From positions 736,001-800,000 of the forward strand of contig CAVZZO010000001.1 of NCBI GenBank assembly GCA_963779755.1: a stretch of DNA of 64,000 nt, written 5' to 3'. The notes beneath the pieces are model-generated. The model saw only the letters and a program-made list of their open reading frames with translations, made no database searches and was not told the origin of the DNA. The stretch comes from an uncultured Gemmatimonadales bacterium (GTDB lineage Bacteria > Gemmatimonadota > Gemmatimonadetes > Gemmatimonadales > GWC2-71-9). Numbering within the stretch: position 1 is the stretch's first letter; every line of letters begins with the position of its first letter. Shown here one piece after another: positions 54,923-64,000 of this stretch. The position numbers and the translations under genes are program-made.

Positions 54923-57337
54923 TCACTCCTCCCGGAGCACTCTCGCCGGATCGGTCCGGGCCGCCCGGGTAGCGGGGATCAGGGCCGCTCCCAGGGCCAC
55001 GCCAAGCAACAGCAGCGTCCCTCCGGCATACACCAGCCCATCGAAGGCGGGCGCGTGAAAGAGCAGTGAACGGATCAGGCGGGTAGCGCCCAGCGCCGCC
55101 AGTACGCCGAAGACACTGCCGAGAACCGCCAGCCGCAGCCCGTAGCGGGCGATCAGGCCCAGCACGTTGCCGGAGGTAGCCCCCACGGCCATGCGCACTC
55201 CGATTTCCTGGCGGCGCTGCGCCACCGCGAGCGACAGCACGCCAAAGATCCCCATGGCGGCGAGCAGAATGGCACAGGTGCCGAAGACCAGCGTGAGCGT
55301 GCCGAGCGCCCGGTTGGGGCCCAGCGCGTCGGCGACGATGGCGTCGAGCGGACGCAGGTCGCTGAGAGCCACGCCGGGCTGGAGAGCGCTCACCGTCCGG
55401 CGCAACAGCCCCGCCGCGGCCGCTCCGGTGCCGGGACGGTAACGCAGGGCGACACTGAGCCCAAGCGGCCGCGCCTGGCGCATGGGGATGTAGATCTCGA
55501 TCCGCGACGGGCTCTGCAGCTCGTAATGCCGCACGTTGGCCACCACCCCGACCACGGTGATCCATTCGGGCGCGCCTCCGTGCTGCAGATGATCCGCGAA
55601 ACTGACGCGCTTGCCCACCGGGTTCTCTCCGGGCCAGAACTTCTCGGCCATGGTCTGGTCGATGACGGCCACTTTTGTCGCGTGCTCCCCGTCCTCCGGC
55701 GTGAAGCTCCGGCCCCTGCGGATCGGCATGCCCATGGTCTGGAAATAGTCCGGGGTCACCACGTTGTAGAGGACCGATTCCACGCTTTCGCGGGCGATGG
55801 GGCGGTTGTCGGGCACAATACCCTGCTCCCAGGAACGCGGCAGCAGGGGGACCAGCAGGGTGGCCGCCGCGCTGGTGACATCGGGCGATGCCTCCAGCCG
55901 GTCCACCAGCGCGTCGTAGAAGCCGGCCCGCGCCGAGGCAGAATCCAGGGTGCCTTCGGGGATCTGCAGGCGGGCGGTCAGAACGTCGTGGGCGCTGAAT
56001 CCGATGTCCACGCTGGCCAGCCGCCCCAGGCTGCGGCCCAGCAGGCCGGCGCCCACCAGCAGCACCAGCGAAAGCGCCACCTGGACTACCACCAGCCCGT
56101 CCCGCAGGCGCCGCGCGTCGCGGCCGCCGGCCGCTCCACCGGTCCGAGCCGAGTGCTGCAGCCGGCCGACCCCGGCCCGGCCCAGACGCAGCGCCGGGAG
56201 CAGGCCGGCCAGAATGGCGCTGAGCAATGTCGTTCCCAGCGCGAACAGCAGCACCTGCGGACTGAGTGATACCCGCGCCAGCAGGAGGGACGGCAGATCC
56301 AGCGGGAGCAGGGAAGGGAGGAGCCGGACGGCTACGGCGGCAACGCCGATGCCGAGGATACCGCCCAGGGCGGCCAGCATCGCGTTCTCGGAGAGCAGCA
56401 GCAGCACCAGCCGGCGTCGGCCCGCCCCCAGAGCGGCCCGCACCGCCAACTCGCGGGCACGGCCTTCGCCCCGGGCCAGCGCGAGGTTCGCGACGTTGGC
56501 GCAGGCGATGAGCAGCAGGAGCCCCACGGCGCCCAGGAGCACCCAGAGACCGGTGCGCACATCGCTGAGAAAGAGGTCGTCCAGGCGGCGCAACTCCGGT
56601 TTCGCCACCGGCTTGCCGTAGTCCTTCGCCAGATCGCTCGCCACCCGGCTGAGATCGGCCTGCGCGGCATGCATCGTGGCGCCGGGCGCGAGGCGGGCCA
56701 CCGCCCGCATGCCGAAGGAGCTTTCCTCCTGGTCCCACGGCAGGTCGCGCAGCGCGCCCATCGGGAGGTAGGCTTCGACGTCCGCCGAGGGGTAGCCGGC
56801 GCCCCGCGGCAGCACGCCGACGATGGTCGCGGTAACCTGGTCGGTGGTAAGGGTCCGGCCGATAATACCCGGGTCGCCGCCGTAGACGCGCTGCCAGAAG
56901 CCGTATCCCAGTACCGCGACCGGCGCCGCCCCGCGTTCCGTTTCCTCCGCCGACGGCACCCGTCCCAGCGCCGCCCGCATTCCCAGGGTACCGAAGAAGT
57001 CTCCCAGCACCAGCCGGGCATTCAGCAGCTCCGAGCCGCCGGCGCCCCGCCGCACGAAGGTCCAGCCCGCCGATGCGCCCCAGTCGGAGAACAGGCGGCT
57101 CTTCCCGCTCCAGGCGCGATAAAAGGGAACCGAGAGGGAGATCAGGTAGCCCTGGGGGGAACGGACGTCGGGGGTGACCAGCCGCCCGGGATTCTCGTAT
57201 GGCAGCCCCCGGAGCAGGACGTTCTGCACCAGGGAAAACACGGCAGTGGTGCCGCCCACACCCAGCGCCAGGGCGCCCATGGCGAGCAGAGAGTAGCCGG
57301 GACGGCGGAGCAGGGCGCGCAGGGAGGATCGGATCAT
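54923..57337 (-). CDS. Duplicated orphan ABC permease (MacB/FtsX twice, ADOP-like)
   Basis: LLIACANVANL..RELAVRAALGA and QRRQEIGVRMAVGA; no adjacent ATPase. Confidence 0.92.
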   Translation of the reverse strand: MIRSSLRALLRRPGYSLLAMGALALGVGGTTAVFSLVQNVLLRGLPYENPGRLVTPDVRSPQGYLISLSVPFYRAWSGKSRLFSDWGASAGWTFVRRGAGGSELLNARLVLGDFFGTLGMRAALGRVPSAEETERGAAPVAVLGYGFWQRVYGGDPGIIGRTLTTDQVTATIVGVLPRGAGYPSADVEAYLPMGALRDLPWDQEESSFGMRAVARLAPGATMHAAQADLSRVASDLAKDYGKPVAKPELRRLDDLFLSDVRTGLWVLLGAVGLLLLIACANVANLALARGEGRARELAVRAALGAGRRRLVLLLLSENAMLAALGGILGIGVAAVAVRLLPSLLPLDLPSLLLARVSLSPQVLLFALGTTLLSAILAGLLPALRLGRAGVGRLQHSARTGGAAGGRDARRLRDGLVVVQVALSLVLLVGAGLLGRSLGRLASVDIGFSAHDVLTARLQIPEGTLDSASARAGFYDALVDRLEASPDVTSAAATLLVPLLPRSWEQGIVPDNRPIARESVESVLYNVVTPDYFQTMGMPIRRGRSFTPEDGEHATKVAVIDQTMAEKFWPGENPVGKRVSFADHLQHGGAPEWITVVGVVANVRHYELQSPSRIEIYIPMRQARPLGLSVALRYRPGTGAAAAGLLRRTVSALQPGVALSDLRPLDAIVADALGPNRALGTLTLVFGTCAILLAAMGIFGVLSLAVAQRRQEIGVRMAVGATSGNVLGLIARYGLRLAVLGSVFGVLAALGATRLIRSLLFHAPAFDGLVYAGGTLLLLGVALGAALIPATRAARTDPARVLREE

Positions 57338-57447
57338 GGCGGGCTCCGGGGGGATGAGTCGTGGCCAGGCGTGGTGAGGACTCCTGCTTGGATAGCCCGG
57401 GCTGGCTCAGGGTTGCAAGGCACTACAGGCATAGCCACGCCGGTGCT

Positions 57448-57990
57448 TCACGTTCCCCGCCTCTTATGCCACTCCGAGTCCACCGCCGGTGGCAAGGAAT
57501 CGAGGTGCTTGAGAAACGTCACCGCCTTCCAGATATTCTCGTCCGAAATCTCCTTCCCGGACGAATCTTTCCCCCACTGCCCGTCCCACCAGAACATCCC
57601 CGTGTAGCGCACGCCGTTCTTCACGATCCAGAATAGTTGATTGTCGGGCTTCCGCGGCGGATGCAGCACAAATACCGGAGGACTCGGATAGAGAATGCCT
57701 TTGCTTTCGCGCCTCGCGGCATTATTCGGATCGCCATGGCAGCCCGCGCAATTGCCTTTGAAGATCTTCATTCCCGCCAGCAGATTTTCTTCGGTGGGCG
57801 CAACCGGATTCGATACCTGCGGCGCGCGTCGCGCCGCCGCCCGTTCCAGCGCCAGATGGGCAAAGGCCGTTTCCAGCGTCCCCGGTTTGGCTTTCGCGCT
57901 TACGGGTAGCCAACCAAGCCACGCCGCCGCTATCCCCGTCACCGGAACCGTCAGGATCCCAACGACAAACCCCAGCAATAACTTCTTCAT
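57448..57990 (-). CDS. Membrane-anchored monohaem cytochrome c (low GC)
   Basis: N-terminal TM segment; CAGCHG; FWIVKNGVRYTGM. Confidence 0.9.
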   Translation of the reverse strand: MKKLLLGFVVGILTVPVTGIAAAWLGWLPVSAKAKPGTLETAFAHLALERAAARRAPQVSNPVAPTEENLLAGMKIFKGNCAGCHGDPNNAARRESKGILYPSPPVFVLHPPRKPDNQLFWIVKNGVRYTGMFWWDGQWGKDSSGKEISDENIWKAVTFLKHLDSLPPAVDSEWHKRRGT

Positions 57991-58236
57991 GACCACTCCC
58001 ATGCTTCTGGATCTGAGGAATAACTGCCAGGTTTATGGTCGATCAGGGACGGATTGCGTGCGCACTACGGCGATAGTTCCCCACCTCTAACAGCACGGGC
58101 GGCAGTGGTAGGCAAGGGGATATCCGCGGCGCCGTCGGAAGGCTGCCTCACCTTACACTACCCGGGATATCCCCGCAGTGTTTCACCTCGAAGGTGGTCT
58201 CCTCGGCCCGAGTGAGAATGGTATCCCTGGATTCGT

Positions 58237-58710
58237 CTACAGATCCTTCCCCAGGCACACGCTGGTCGCCGGGGAGAGGCAGTACTCGCCGTAGAGGGGA
58301 ATGTCGGTGAAACCGGCTGCGCGGTAGAGCGCCTGCGCGGCGGCGGACCGCACGCCCGTCTCCAGAACCAGGCGCCCGGCGCCGAGCGCGCGCGCCTCCG
58401 CCTCCAGCCGCTGGAGCAGCAGCCGCCCCACGCCCTGTCTCCGTGCCTCGGGTGCCACGTACATGCGCTTCAATTCCGCCGTTCCGGCATCCAGCAGCCG
58501 CACCGCGCCGCAGCCCACGGGCCGGTCATCCAGGCGGGCGATCAGAAAGACGCCGCGGCCGGGGGCGACCTCGCCGTCGTCCAGGGCGAAGTGGGTGGCG
58601 CCGGGCTCCGGGTAGATCCCGCGCATCTCGGCATTCAGCGCCGAGATGAGCAACAGGGCTTCGGGGGCGGTGAAAGGGGAGGGAGAGAGCACGGCCGGCA
58701 TGCGGTTCAC
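58237..58710 (-). CDS. GNAT N-acetyltransferase
   Basis: VGCGA, ELKRMYV..ARRQGVG and LETG motifs. Confidence 0.9.
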   Translation of the reverse strand: MNRMPAVLSPSPFTAPEALLLISALNAEMRGIYPEPGATHFALDDGEVAPGRGVFLIARLDDRPVGCGAVRLLDAGTAELKRMYVAPEARRQGVGRLLLQRLEAEARALGAGRLVLETGVRSAAAQALYRAAGFTDIPLYGEYCLSPATSVCLGKDL

Positions 58711-59156
58711 CCCAGTGTCTTGCGGTAGGCGTGCTGGGTCTTCCAGCGTTCGTAGCCCAGCCGTTCGTAGAACGGGTGGGACTCGGCGCGGGTGATGTTG
58801 CTGCGGACGGCGATCTGCCGGAGTCCCCGGTCGCGGGCCCAGGTCTCCGCCGCAGCCACCAGGCGCCGCCCGGCACCGCTGCGGCGGCTCGATACATCCA
58901 CCACCAGACCCAGGATTTCAGCACGGGTACCGTATTCCAGAATCTCCACCTGCGCCACGTGAGTCCATCCAATCACCCGCTTTCCCGGCTGCTCTGCCAC
59001 CAGGACGGTTCCGTCCGTGCGCGCGAGCAGCCGTGCCAGCCGGGCGGCCATTTCCGTTGCGGCCACCCCGTAGCCCAGCTCGCCGCTCAGCGCGGCAATC
59101 TCGGCGGCGTCGGCCGCCCGGGCGGTACGGATTACGGGGAGCGAGAGCTCAGCCAT
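58707..59156 (-). CDS. GNAT N-acetyltransferase
   Basis: GLVVD..RRSGAG and RSNITR..SHPFYERLGY. Confidence 0.9.
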   Translation of the reverse strand: MAELSLPVIRTARAADAAEIAALSGELGYGVAATEMAARLARLLARTDGTVLVAEQPGKRVIGWTHVAQVEILEYGTRAEILGLVVDVSSRRSGAGRRLVAAAETWARDRGLRQIAVRSNITRAESHPFYERLGYERWKTQHAYRKTLG

Positions 59157-59406
59157 CGGAAGGAGGCAGTTGGGCGCCCTGCGGCCGCGTCAGGAGGCGC
59201 TCGGCGAACTCCAGCCGCTCCTCGACCTCGGCCAGCCGCGCGTGGACCTGGTCGAGCTCGTCCAGCCGGTGCAGGTCGGTGCGGAACCGGTCCTGCTCGC
59301 CCGTCAGCTCCCGCTGCCGCCGCATGACCCGGAAGAGCACGATCCCCACCCAGGTGCCACCGGTGACGAAGCCGGTGAGGAGGGCCCAGACGATGGTGTT
59401 TTCCAT
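59149..59406 (-). CDS. Small membrane protein with a coiled coil
   Basis: TM helix followed by RLAEVEERLEFAERLL. Confidence 0.75.
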   Translation of the reverse strand: MENTIVWALLTGFVTGGTWVGIVLFRVMRRQRELTGEQDRFRTDLHRLDELDQVHARLAEVEERLEFAERLLTRPQGAQLPPSDG

Positions 59407-59469
59407 GCCGGAATATATCAGCGGCGGACGGCTGCTTTCGGTGCGGGGGGAGAGGCGCGGTGGGCCTCC

Positions 59470-59651
59470 CTACGGGAGCGGCTCCAGGTTTGGAGCGGTG
59501 ATGGTCCCGCCGGCATCCGGCGGGCCGGTCACCACGATCCTTCTGGGGTAGTCGAAGGTGGCATCCAGGGCAGGCTGGCGAGCCGGCCTTCCTGGCGTGC
59601 GGTGATGGCCTGATTGAAGAGTTGGTCGATGGCCGGCAGGGCCGAGGGCAT
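59470..59651 (-). pseudogene. Possible frameshifted gene remnant
   Basis: LPAIDQLFNQAITARQEGRLASLP continues as LDATFDYPRRIVVTGPPD...LEPLP* only if one base is added in a C run near 59568. Confidence 0.25.
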
Positions 59652-59706
59652 GACGGGAGACCCCGGCACCCGCCGGGCGTCTTCCCCCGCTACCGGTTCC
59701 GGCTTC

Positions 59707-59946
59707 TCAGTTGTCCTCGCGCCGGGTACGAACCACCGAGAGGCGGGGCCGCGGCGAGCCCTGGCGGAACTCGAAATGCCGGTCGTCCAGCAGCCGTCCC
59801 GGCGGATTGGCTATCCCACGCGAGAGAAGCGATGCCAGCGTGCGCATCGCCAGGACCTGGGCCGGTTCCCAGGTTCCCGGGTTCAGGAAGGGATAGAGCC
59901 CGGCATATTCCGGGCGAAGACGAGCTTCCCGACCGTGCGCGTTCAT
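59707..59946 (-). CDS. Small hypothetical protein
   Basis: REARLRPEYAGLYP...GTWEPA...RLLDDRHFEFR pattern. Confidence 0.7.
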   Translation of the reverse strand: MNAHGREARLRPEYAGLYPFLNPGTWEPAQVLAMRTLASLLSRGIANPPGRLLDDRHFEFRQGSPRPRLSVVRTRREDN

Positions 59947-60093
59947 GGTCCGATTCCCTCAGTCGCAGCCGTCAACGACAATCTCCCCCCCGGCGGTGCG
60001 TCCACCGCCACCGGGAGAAGTAACACGGGAGGTCGTTTCAGGGGAGATGGGGCGGCCGGGGAAGGCGGCCGTCCGGGAGAGCCTCGTTTGCGG

Positions 60094-60741
60094 TCAGGCC
60101 ACCTGCACCCAGGCGGGCGCCACCCCGGTGCCCATCCCGGCCTTGTGGCCCAGGAACAGATTCAGCAGCCCCAGTTGCTCGAGCTCGCGCGAGTTGGCCA
60201 GCGGGCCCGAATCCACCGGCTCGAATCCGACCTGCTCGATCAGGTGGCGCACCTCGTTCTTGGCGTCCTGGTCATCGCCGGCATAGAACACCTGCGGGCA
60301 GTGGCCGTCTTTCCGGTCGCCGCCCAGGATCTGGGAGAAGATGGTATTGAAGGCCTTCACCACCCGTGCGCCGGGCATGGCCTTCTGGATCTTCTCCGCG
60401 GCGGAGCTGTCCCCGCTGATGATCAGGGCCGACATATCCGCTTTGACAGGGTTCGAAATATCGATCACCAGGGCTCCATTCAGATCGCCTGAGGCCTGGA
60501 GCGCGTCGGTCGCTTCCGAGTAGGGCGTGGCCAGGATGACCAGGTCGGCACCACGGCCGATCTCGTTCCGGGGCACGGCCCGTGCCGAGCCGCCGACGGC
60601 GCGGGCAACCTCCTCGGCGTGCCGTGGGTGCTTCGCGGTGATCTGCACCTCGTGCCCAGCCTCCGTCAGCCGTCTGGCAAAGGCGGACCCCATGCGGCCC
60701 GCGCCGATGATTCCGACCATCACTGGCTCCCCCTCTCGCAT
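60094..60741 (-). CDS. NADP oxidoreductase, F420-dependent (NpdG-like) family
   Basis: GIIGAGRMG, ILATP, IDISNP, VVKAFNT and GDD motifs; the start may be 60720. Confidence 0.9.
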   Translation of the reverse strand: MREGEPVMVGIIGAGRMGSAFARRLTEAGHEVQITAKHPRHAEEVARAVGGSARAVPRNEIGRGADLVILATPYSEATDALQASGDLNGALVIDISNPVKADMSALIISGDSSAAEKIQKAMPGARVVKAFNTIFSQILGGDRKDGHCPQVFYAGDDQDAKNEVRHLIEQVGFEPVDSGPLANSRELEQLGLLNLFLGHKAGMGTGVAPAWVQVA

Positions 60742-60802
60742 TTCATCAACGGGGGCATGATGCCCCCATTCCCAAATTGCGAAGGAGCGCGCCTTCGTAA
60801 AG

Positions 60803-61117
60803 TCAGGAGAATCGCTTGGGGGCGACGGCTTCTACCCGGACCGCTCCGCGGGCCTCGTCCAGCTCCACCTGCACCTGACTCTCCGGCTGAAGCGCCCGGA
60901 AGAGGGCGCTCTCCAGGAAATGGTGCACGTGCGAGCCGCCCTCGCCCCGGGCACAGGTGCAGGCGAGGAAGTGCAGCCGCGCGGTACCCTCCCGCCCCCC
61001 ACTGGTCAATGGGATCGCCGGGCCCAGGGGACCGATTCGCGCGGCGCTGTCAGGCGAGATCTCGAGCTTGCCGTCGAGCGGGGTCTTGCGGGAGACGGAA
61101 CGCTGTTCGAGGAGCAT
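60803..61117 (-). CDS. Small hypothetical protein with a CxC...HxHH cluster
   Basis: SRKTPLDGKLEIS...CTCARGEGGSHVHHFLES; AGGGAGG-like RBS region. Confidence 0.7.
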   Translation of the reverse strand: MLLEQRSVSRKTPLDGKLEISPDSAARIGPLGPAIPLTSGGREGTARLHFLACTCARGEGGSHVHHFLESALFRALQPESQVQVELDEARGAVRVEAVAPKRFS

Positions 61118-61147
61118 GGGAGGGACCGGCCAATCGGATATGGGGTA

Positions 61148-61504
61148 ACCACAGGCTACACAGATGTACGCAAGCTACTCCCACCGCGGGCGCGGGGCGC
61201 CGTCAGGGGTCCGCGGCGGGCCCCGCAGCCTCCCTGAGCCGCACAGATCCGAATTGTTGATCCACGGATTACACAGATCACACGGATGGGTTCCATGCCG
61301 GGCGGCACCCCCGATGCCGGAAGGGTCCCTGTACGGTGACCGCAGATTACGCAGACTGATACCATGTCCGGGGCCGCGGTCCGATGCCGGCCCCAGGCAC
61401 CAAGAAAGAAGAAAGCGCAGTGGTTTTTTGGGGGCGGCGGCAACGCTCCACGGAGGGCCGCAGGCATTGGAGCAAATCTGCATACATCTGTGTAATCGGC
61501 GGAT
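61148..61504. repeat. Composite acagattac-type element: terminal inverted arms plus two internal direct copies
   Basis: Arms near 61148 (CTACACAGATGTACGCA), 61260, 61340 and inverted at 61476 (reverse complement ATTACACAGATGTATGCAGATT). Confidence 0.75.
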
Positions 61505-61631
61505 CACATGGACGGACCTGAGCCAACCGTCTGGCTCCCCCCGGATATGGCTCGCCGGGCGGGCCCGTGACCTGCGCCTGGGCCCGCAGGCCTGCCATAT
61601 TGCTCGTTCCTTCCCTTACCGGACCCGCTTT

Positions 61632-63353
61632 GTGACTACTCGACGGGATTTTCTCTGTCGCAGCGCGATCACCGCCGCCGGCTTCACCCTTCCAGCCGGC
61701 GCACTCTCCCAGACCGTCAGGCCGGGGACGGCCAGTGGCGCCCCAGAGCCGGGCGCGGCGTTCCTGGATGTGCGCCGCCCGCCGGACAGCGTCACGGCGC
61801 AGACCGCGCGAGGCGACCAGCAGCTCCGGAGCGTGGGGGGCAGGTGGCTGGGTAGCGGTCTCTCGGTCTCCTTCCGGGAGGTGCCGGGGGCCCTGCGGGC
61901 CGAGCTGTCGGCTCCCGGCGCGGCCGTCGCGCGGCTGCACCTGCGCTGGCGCGGCGTGCTCTCGGCGATGCGGCGGATTATGGGCGACGCCTGGGAACGG
62001 GGCTATGGCGATCTGGAATGGCGCGGGTTTGTGCCCAACCGGGTGATGCCCTGGTACGCGGCGGCGTGGGACGGCCAGGCGACCCACGGCTATGGCGTCC
62101 GCACCGGGGCCAACGCCTTCTGCTTCTGGCAGCTGGACCAGGGGGGTATCAGCCTCTGGGCCGATGTGCGCAGCGGCGGGGTGCCCCTTCAGCTCAGGGG
62201 GCGCCCCCTGGTGGTGTGCGATATCACTTGCCGGCCCGGCCGTCCGGAGGAGAGCCCGTTCGACGCCATCCACGCCTTTTGCGGGGAGTTGTGTCTCCAT
62301 CCCCGCCTTCCCACCCAGCCGGTCTACGGCAGCAACGACTGGTACTGGGCCTACGGCAATAACAGTGCGGCCAGCGTTCGCGACGACGCCCGGCGCATCG
62401 TGGAGCTGTCGCCCTCCGGGAACAACCGGCCTTTCGTGGTGATCGACGACGGGTGGCAGCCGGAGCGGGGGGCGGACAAGGCCGGCGTCGGCACCTGGGA
62501 CCGCGGCAACGAGAAGTTCCCCGATATGCCTGGGCTGGCGCGCGAAGTCCGGCGGATCGGGGGCCGGCCCGGAATCTGGATCCGGCCTCTGCTGGCCCCG
62601 GACGGTATCCCCGATGCCTGGCGTCTCGCGCGCGACCGCACGGTGCTCGATCCCACAGTCCCTGAGGTGCGGCAGAAGATCGCAGACGACCTGCGGCGCC
62701 TGACCCGCTGGGGCTATGAGCTGATCAAACACGACTACTCCACCTGGGACGTGCTGGGGCGCTGGGGCTTCCGCATGGGCGCCTCAATCACCGACGACGG
62801 GTGGACTTTCCGATCGGGGCCCGGCCGGACGACGGCCGAGGTCCTCAACGATCTCTACGGCGCCATCCGGGAGGCGGCCGGTGGCAGTCTGGTTCTCGGC
62901 TGCAACACGGTAAGCCACCTCTCCGCGGGCCGGTTCGAGATGTGCCGCATCGGCGACGATACCAGCGGCACGGAGTGGGACCGGGTGCGCCGCATGGGAG
63001 TGAACAGCCTCGCCTTCCGCGGCGCGCAGCACGGCGCCTTCTACGCGGCCGATCCCGATTGCGCCGGCGTCACTACCCGCATTCCCTGGCAGCTCAACCG
63101 CCAGTGGCTCGATCTACTGGCCCGGAGCGGGACCATGCTCTTCGTCTCGCTTGCTCCCGATGCGCTGGGGATACAGCAGCGGCGCGATCTTCGGTCCGCG
63201 CTGGCGCAGGCCGCGCTGCCCCGGCCGCTGGGCGAGCCGGTCGACTGGCTGGACGATACCTGGCCCACGCGGTGGCGCTTTCAGGGGCGGATGCAGCAGT
63301 ATGACTGGGTGGGGCCCGACGGAGTGACGGAGGTGGGGGGACGTGATACGTGA
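61632..63353 (+). CDS. Tat-exported alpha-galactosidase-like glycoside hydrolase (clan GH-D, GH36/27-like)
   Basis: TRRDFL Tat motif; NDWY, VIDDGWQ, KFPDM, IKHD, RIGDD and DPDC. Confidence 0.8.
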   Translation: MTTRRDFLCRSAITAAGFTLPAGALSQTVRPGTASGAPEPGAAFLDVRRPPDSVTAQTARGDQQLRSVGGRWLGSGLSVSFREVPGALRAELSAPGAAVARLHLRWRGVLSAMRRIMGDAWERGYGDLEWRGFVPNRVMPWYAAAWDGQATHGYGVRTGANAFCFWQLDQGGISLWADVRSGGVPLQLRGRPLVVCDITCRPGRPEESPFDAIHAFCGELCLHPRLPTQPVYGSNDWYWAYGNNSAASVRDDARRIVELSPSGNNRPFVVIDDGWQPERGADKAGVGTWDRGNEKFPDMPGLAREVRRIGGRPGIWIRPLLAPDGIPDAWRLARDRTVLDPTVPEVRQKIADDLRRLTRWGYELIKHDYSTWDVLGRWGFRMGASITDDGWTFRSGPGRTTAEVLNDLYGAIREAAGGSLVLGCNTVSHLSAGRFEMCRIGDDTSGTEWDRVRRMGVNSLAFRGAQHGAFYAADPDCAGVTTRIPWQLNRQWLDLLARSGTMLFVSLAPDALGIQQRRDLRSALAQAALPRPLGEPVDWLDDTWPTRWRFQGRMQQYDWVGPDGVTEVGGRDT

Positions 63354-63411
63354 GACGTGAAACGTGAGACGTGAGAGATGAAGGGGAAGAGGGAAGAGGG
63401 AAGGGGGAAGG
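63342..63411. repeat. Adjacent 7-nt tandem arrays (cgtgaga-type, then gggaaga-type)
   Basis: ACGTGATACGTGAGACGTGAAACGTGAGACGTGAGA followed by GGGGAAGAGGGAAGAGGGAAGGGGGAAGG. Confidence 0.75.
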
Positions 63412-63590
63412 CGCGGACGCGAGCAGGGAGAGGGGAGCCGCAGCCAGCGGAGATTGCCGCAGCGGCGTCGGGACGCACCCGAGGGGATGGGATTTCGAAC
63501 ATCGGAGCGGACCGTCAGTCGCGGAGGCAAGCTCTGCCCGACCGGCGGAGCGGATGGTGAGGCGCGAGGGCGTTGAACCCGGAGGTAGCT

Positions 63591-64000
63591 ATGGCACGGC
63601 GTGCGGAGTCGGCTCCGGCCTTCCTGTTCGATCTCGATGGGACGCTGGTGGACAGCGTCTATCAGCACGTGCTGGCCTGGCGGGAAGCGCTGGAGGGAGC
63701 GGGAATCCAGCTGGCCGTCTGGCGCATCCACCGCCGGATCGGGATGAGCGGCGGGCTCTTTCTCAATGCCCTGGCGCGGGAGACGGGACGGGACGTCCTG
63801 CCGGAGGAAGCGGCTGGAATCCGCCGCCGTCACGCCGAAGCGTTCCAGCGCCGCTCCGCCCAGGTGCGGCCGCTCCCCGGCGCGCGCGAGCTGCTTCGCT
63901 TTCTCACCAGGACCGGCGTCCGCTGGGCCATCGCTACCAGCGGTCGGCTGGAAACGGCGGGCCCCGTGCTGGAGATGCTGGAGGTACCCGCCGGGATCCC
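63591..64000 (+). CDS. HAD-superfamily hydrolase (3' end outside the window)
   Basis: GGAGG RBS; FLFDLDGTLVDS motif I; PGARELL; IATS. Confidence 0.9.
   Translation, partial: MARRAESAPAFLFDLDGTLVDSVYQHVLAWREALEGAGIQLAVWRIHRRIGMSGGLFLNALARETGRDVLPEEAAGIRRRHAEAFQRRSAQVRPLPGARELLRFLTRTGVRWAIATSGRLETAGPVLEMLEVPAGI

Noticed and set aside
57400..59406. Integron cassette array (small GNAT genes, low-GC gene, a GTTAGAG near 58085)
   Set aside because: No paired attC boxes or integrase, and the GNAT genes overlap each other as an operon.
61148..61504. CRISPR array
   Set aside because: Repeats are degenerate, spacers irregular, one arm is inverted and no cas genes are present.

Overview
GC-rich (roughly 65-70% by eye) bacterial chromosomal window of about 60 genes. 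The gene content suggests Gemmatimonadota (inference from the Ig-like/Kelch surface protein, duplicated orphan ABC permease, many secreted peptidases and lineage-typical small proteins). I found no rRNA, tRNA, CRISPR array, integrase or transposase. The main finding is a minus-strand operon at about 12.1-19.95 kb: a Cyc2-like fused cytochrome-porin, a dihaem cytochrome c, a type-1-copper (cupredoxin-like) protein, coxB, coxA, two coxC-like genes, coxD and an unannotated 43-aa membrane peptide. This follows the gene order of the Acidithiobacillus ferrooxidans Fe(II)-oxidation rus operon and lies one gene from feoAB. Its A1-type oxidase appears to lack the K-channel Lys/Thr and the Mg/Mn-site acidic ligands. 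The window also encodes two multicopper oxidases, one of them a ceruloplasmin-like two-domain lipoprotein. Several families of intergenic elements built from 7-9 nt tandem units, often as inverted pairs, are scattered through it. Other observations are a frameshifted secreted beta-propeller gene, a protease paired with a free prodomain-like lipoprotein, a MocR-linked operon and a low-GC cytochrome c gene. All functional calls come from motif recognition, not database searches.
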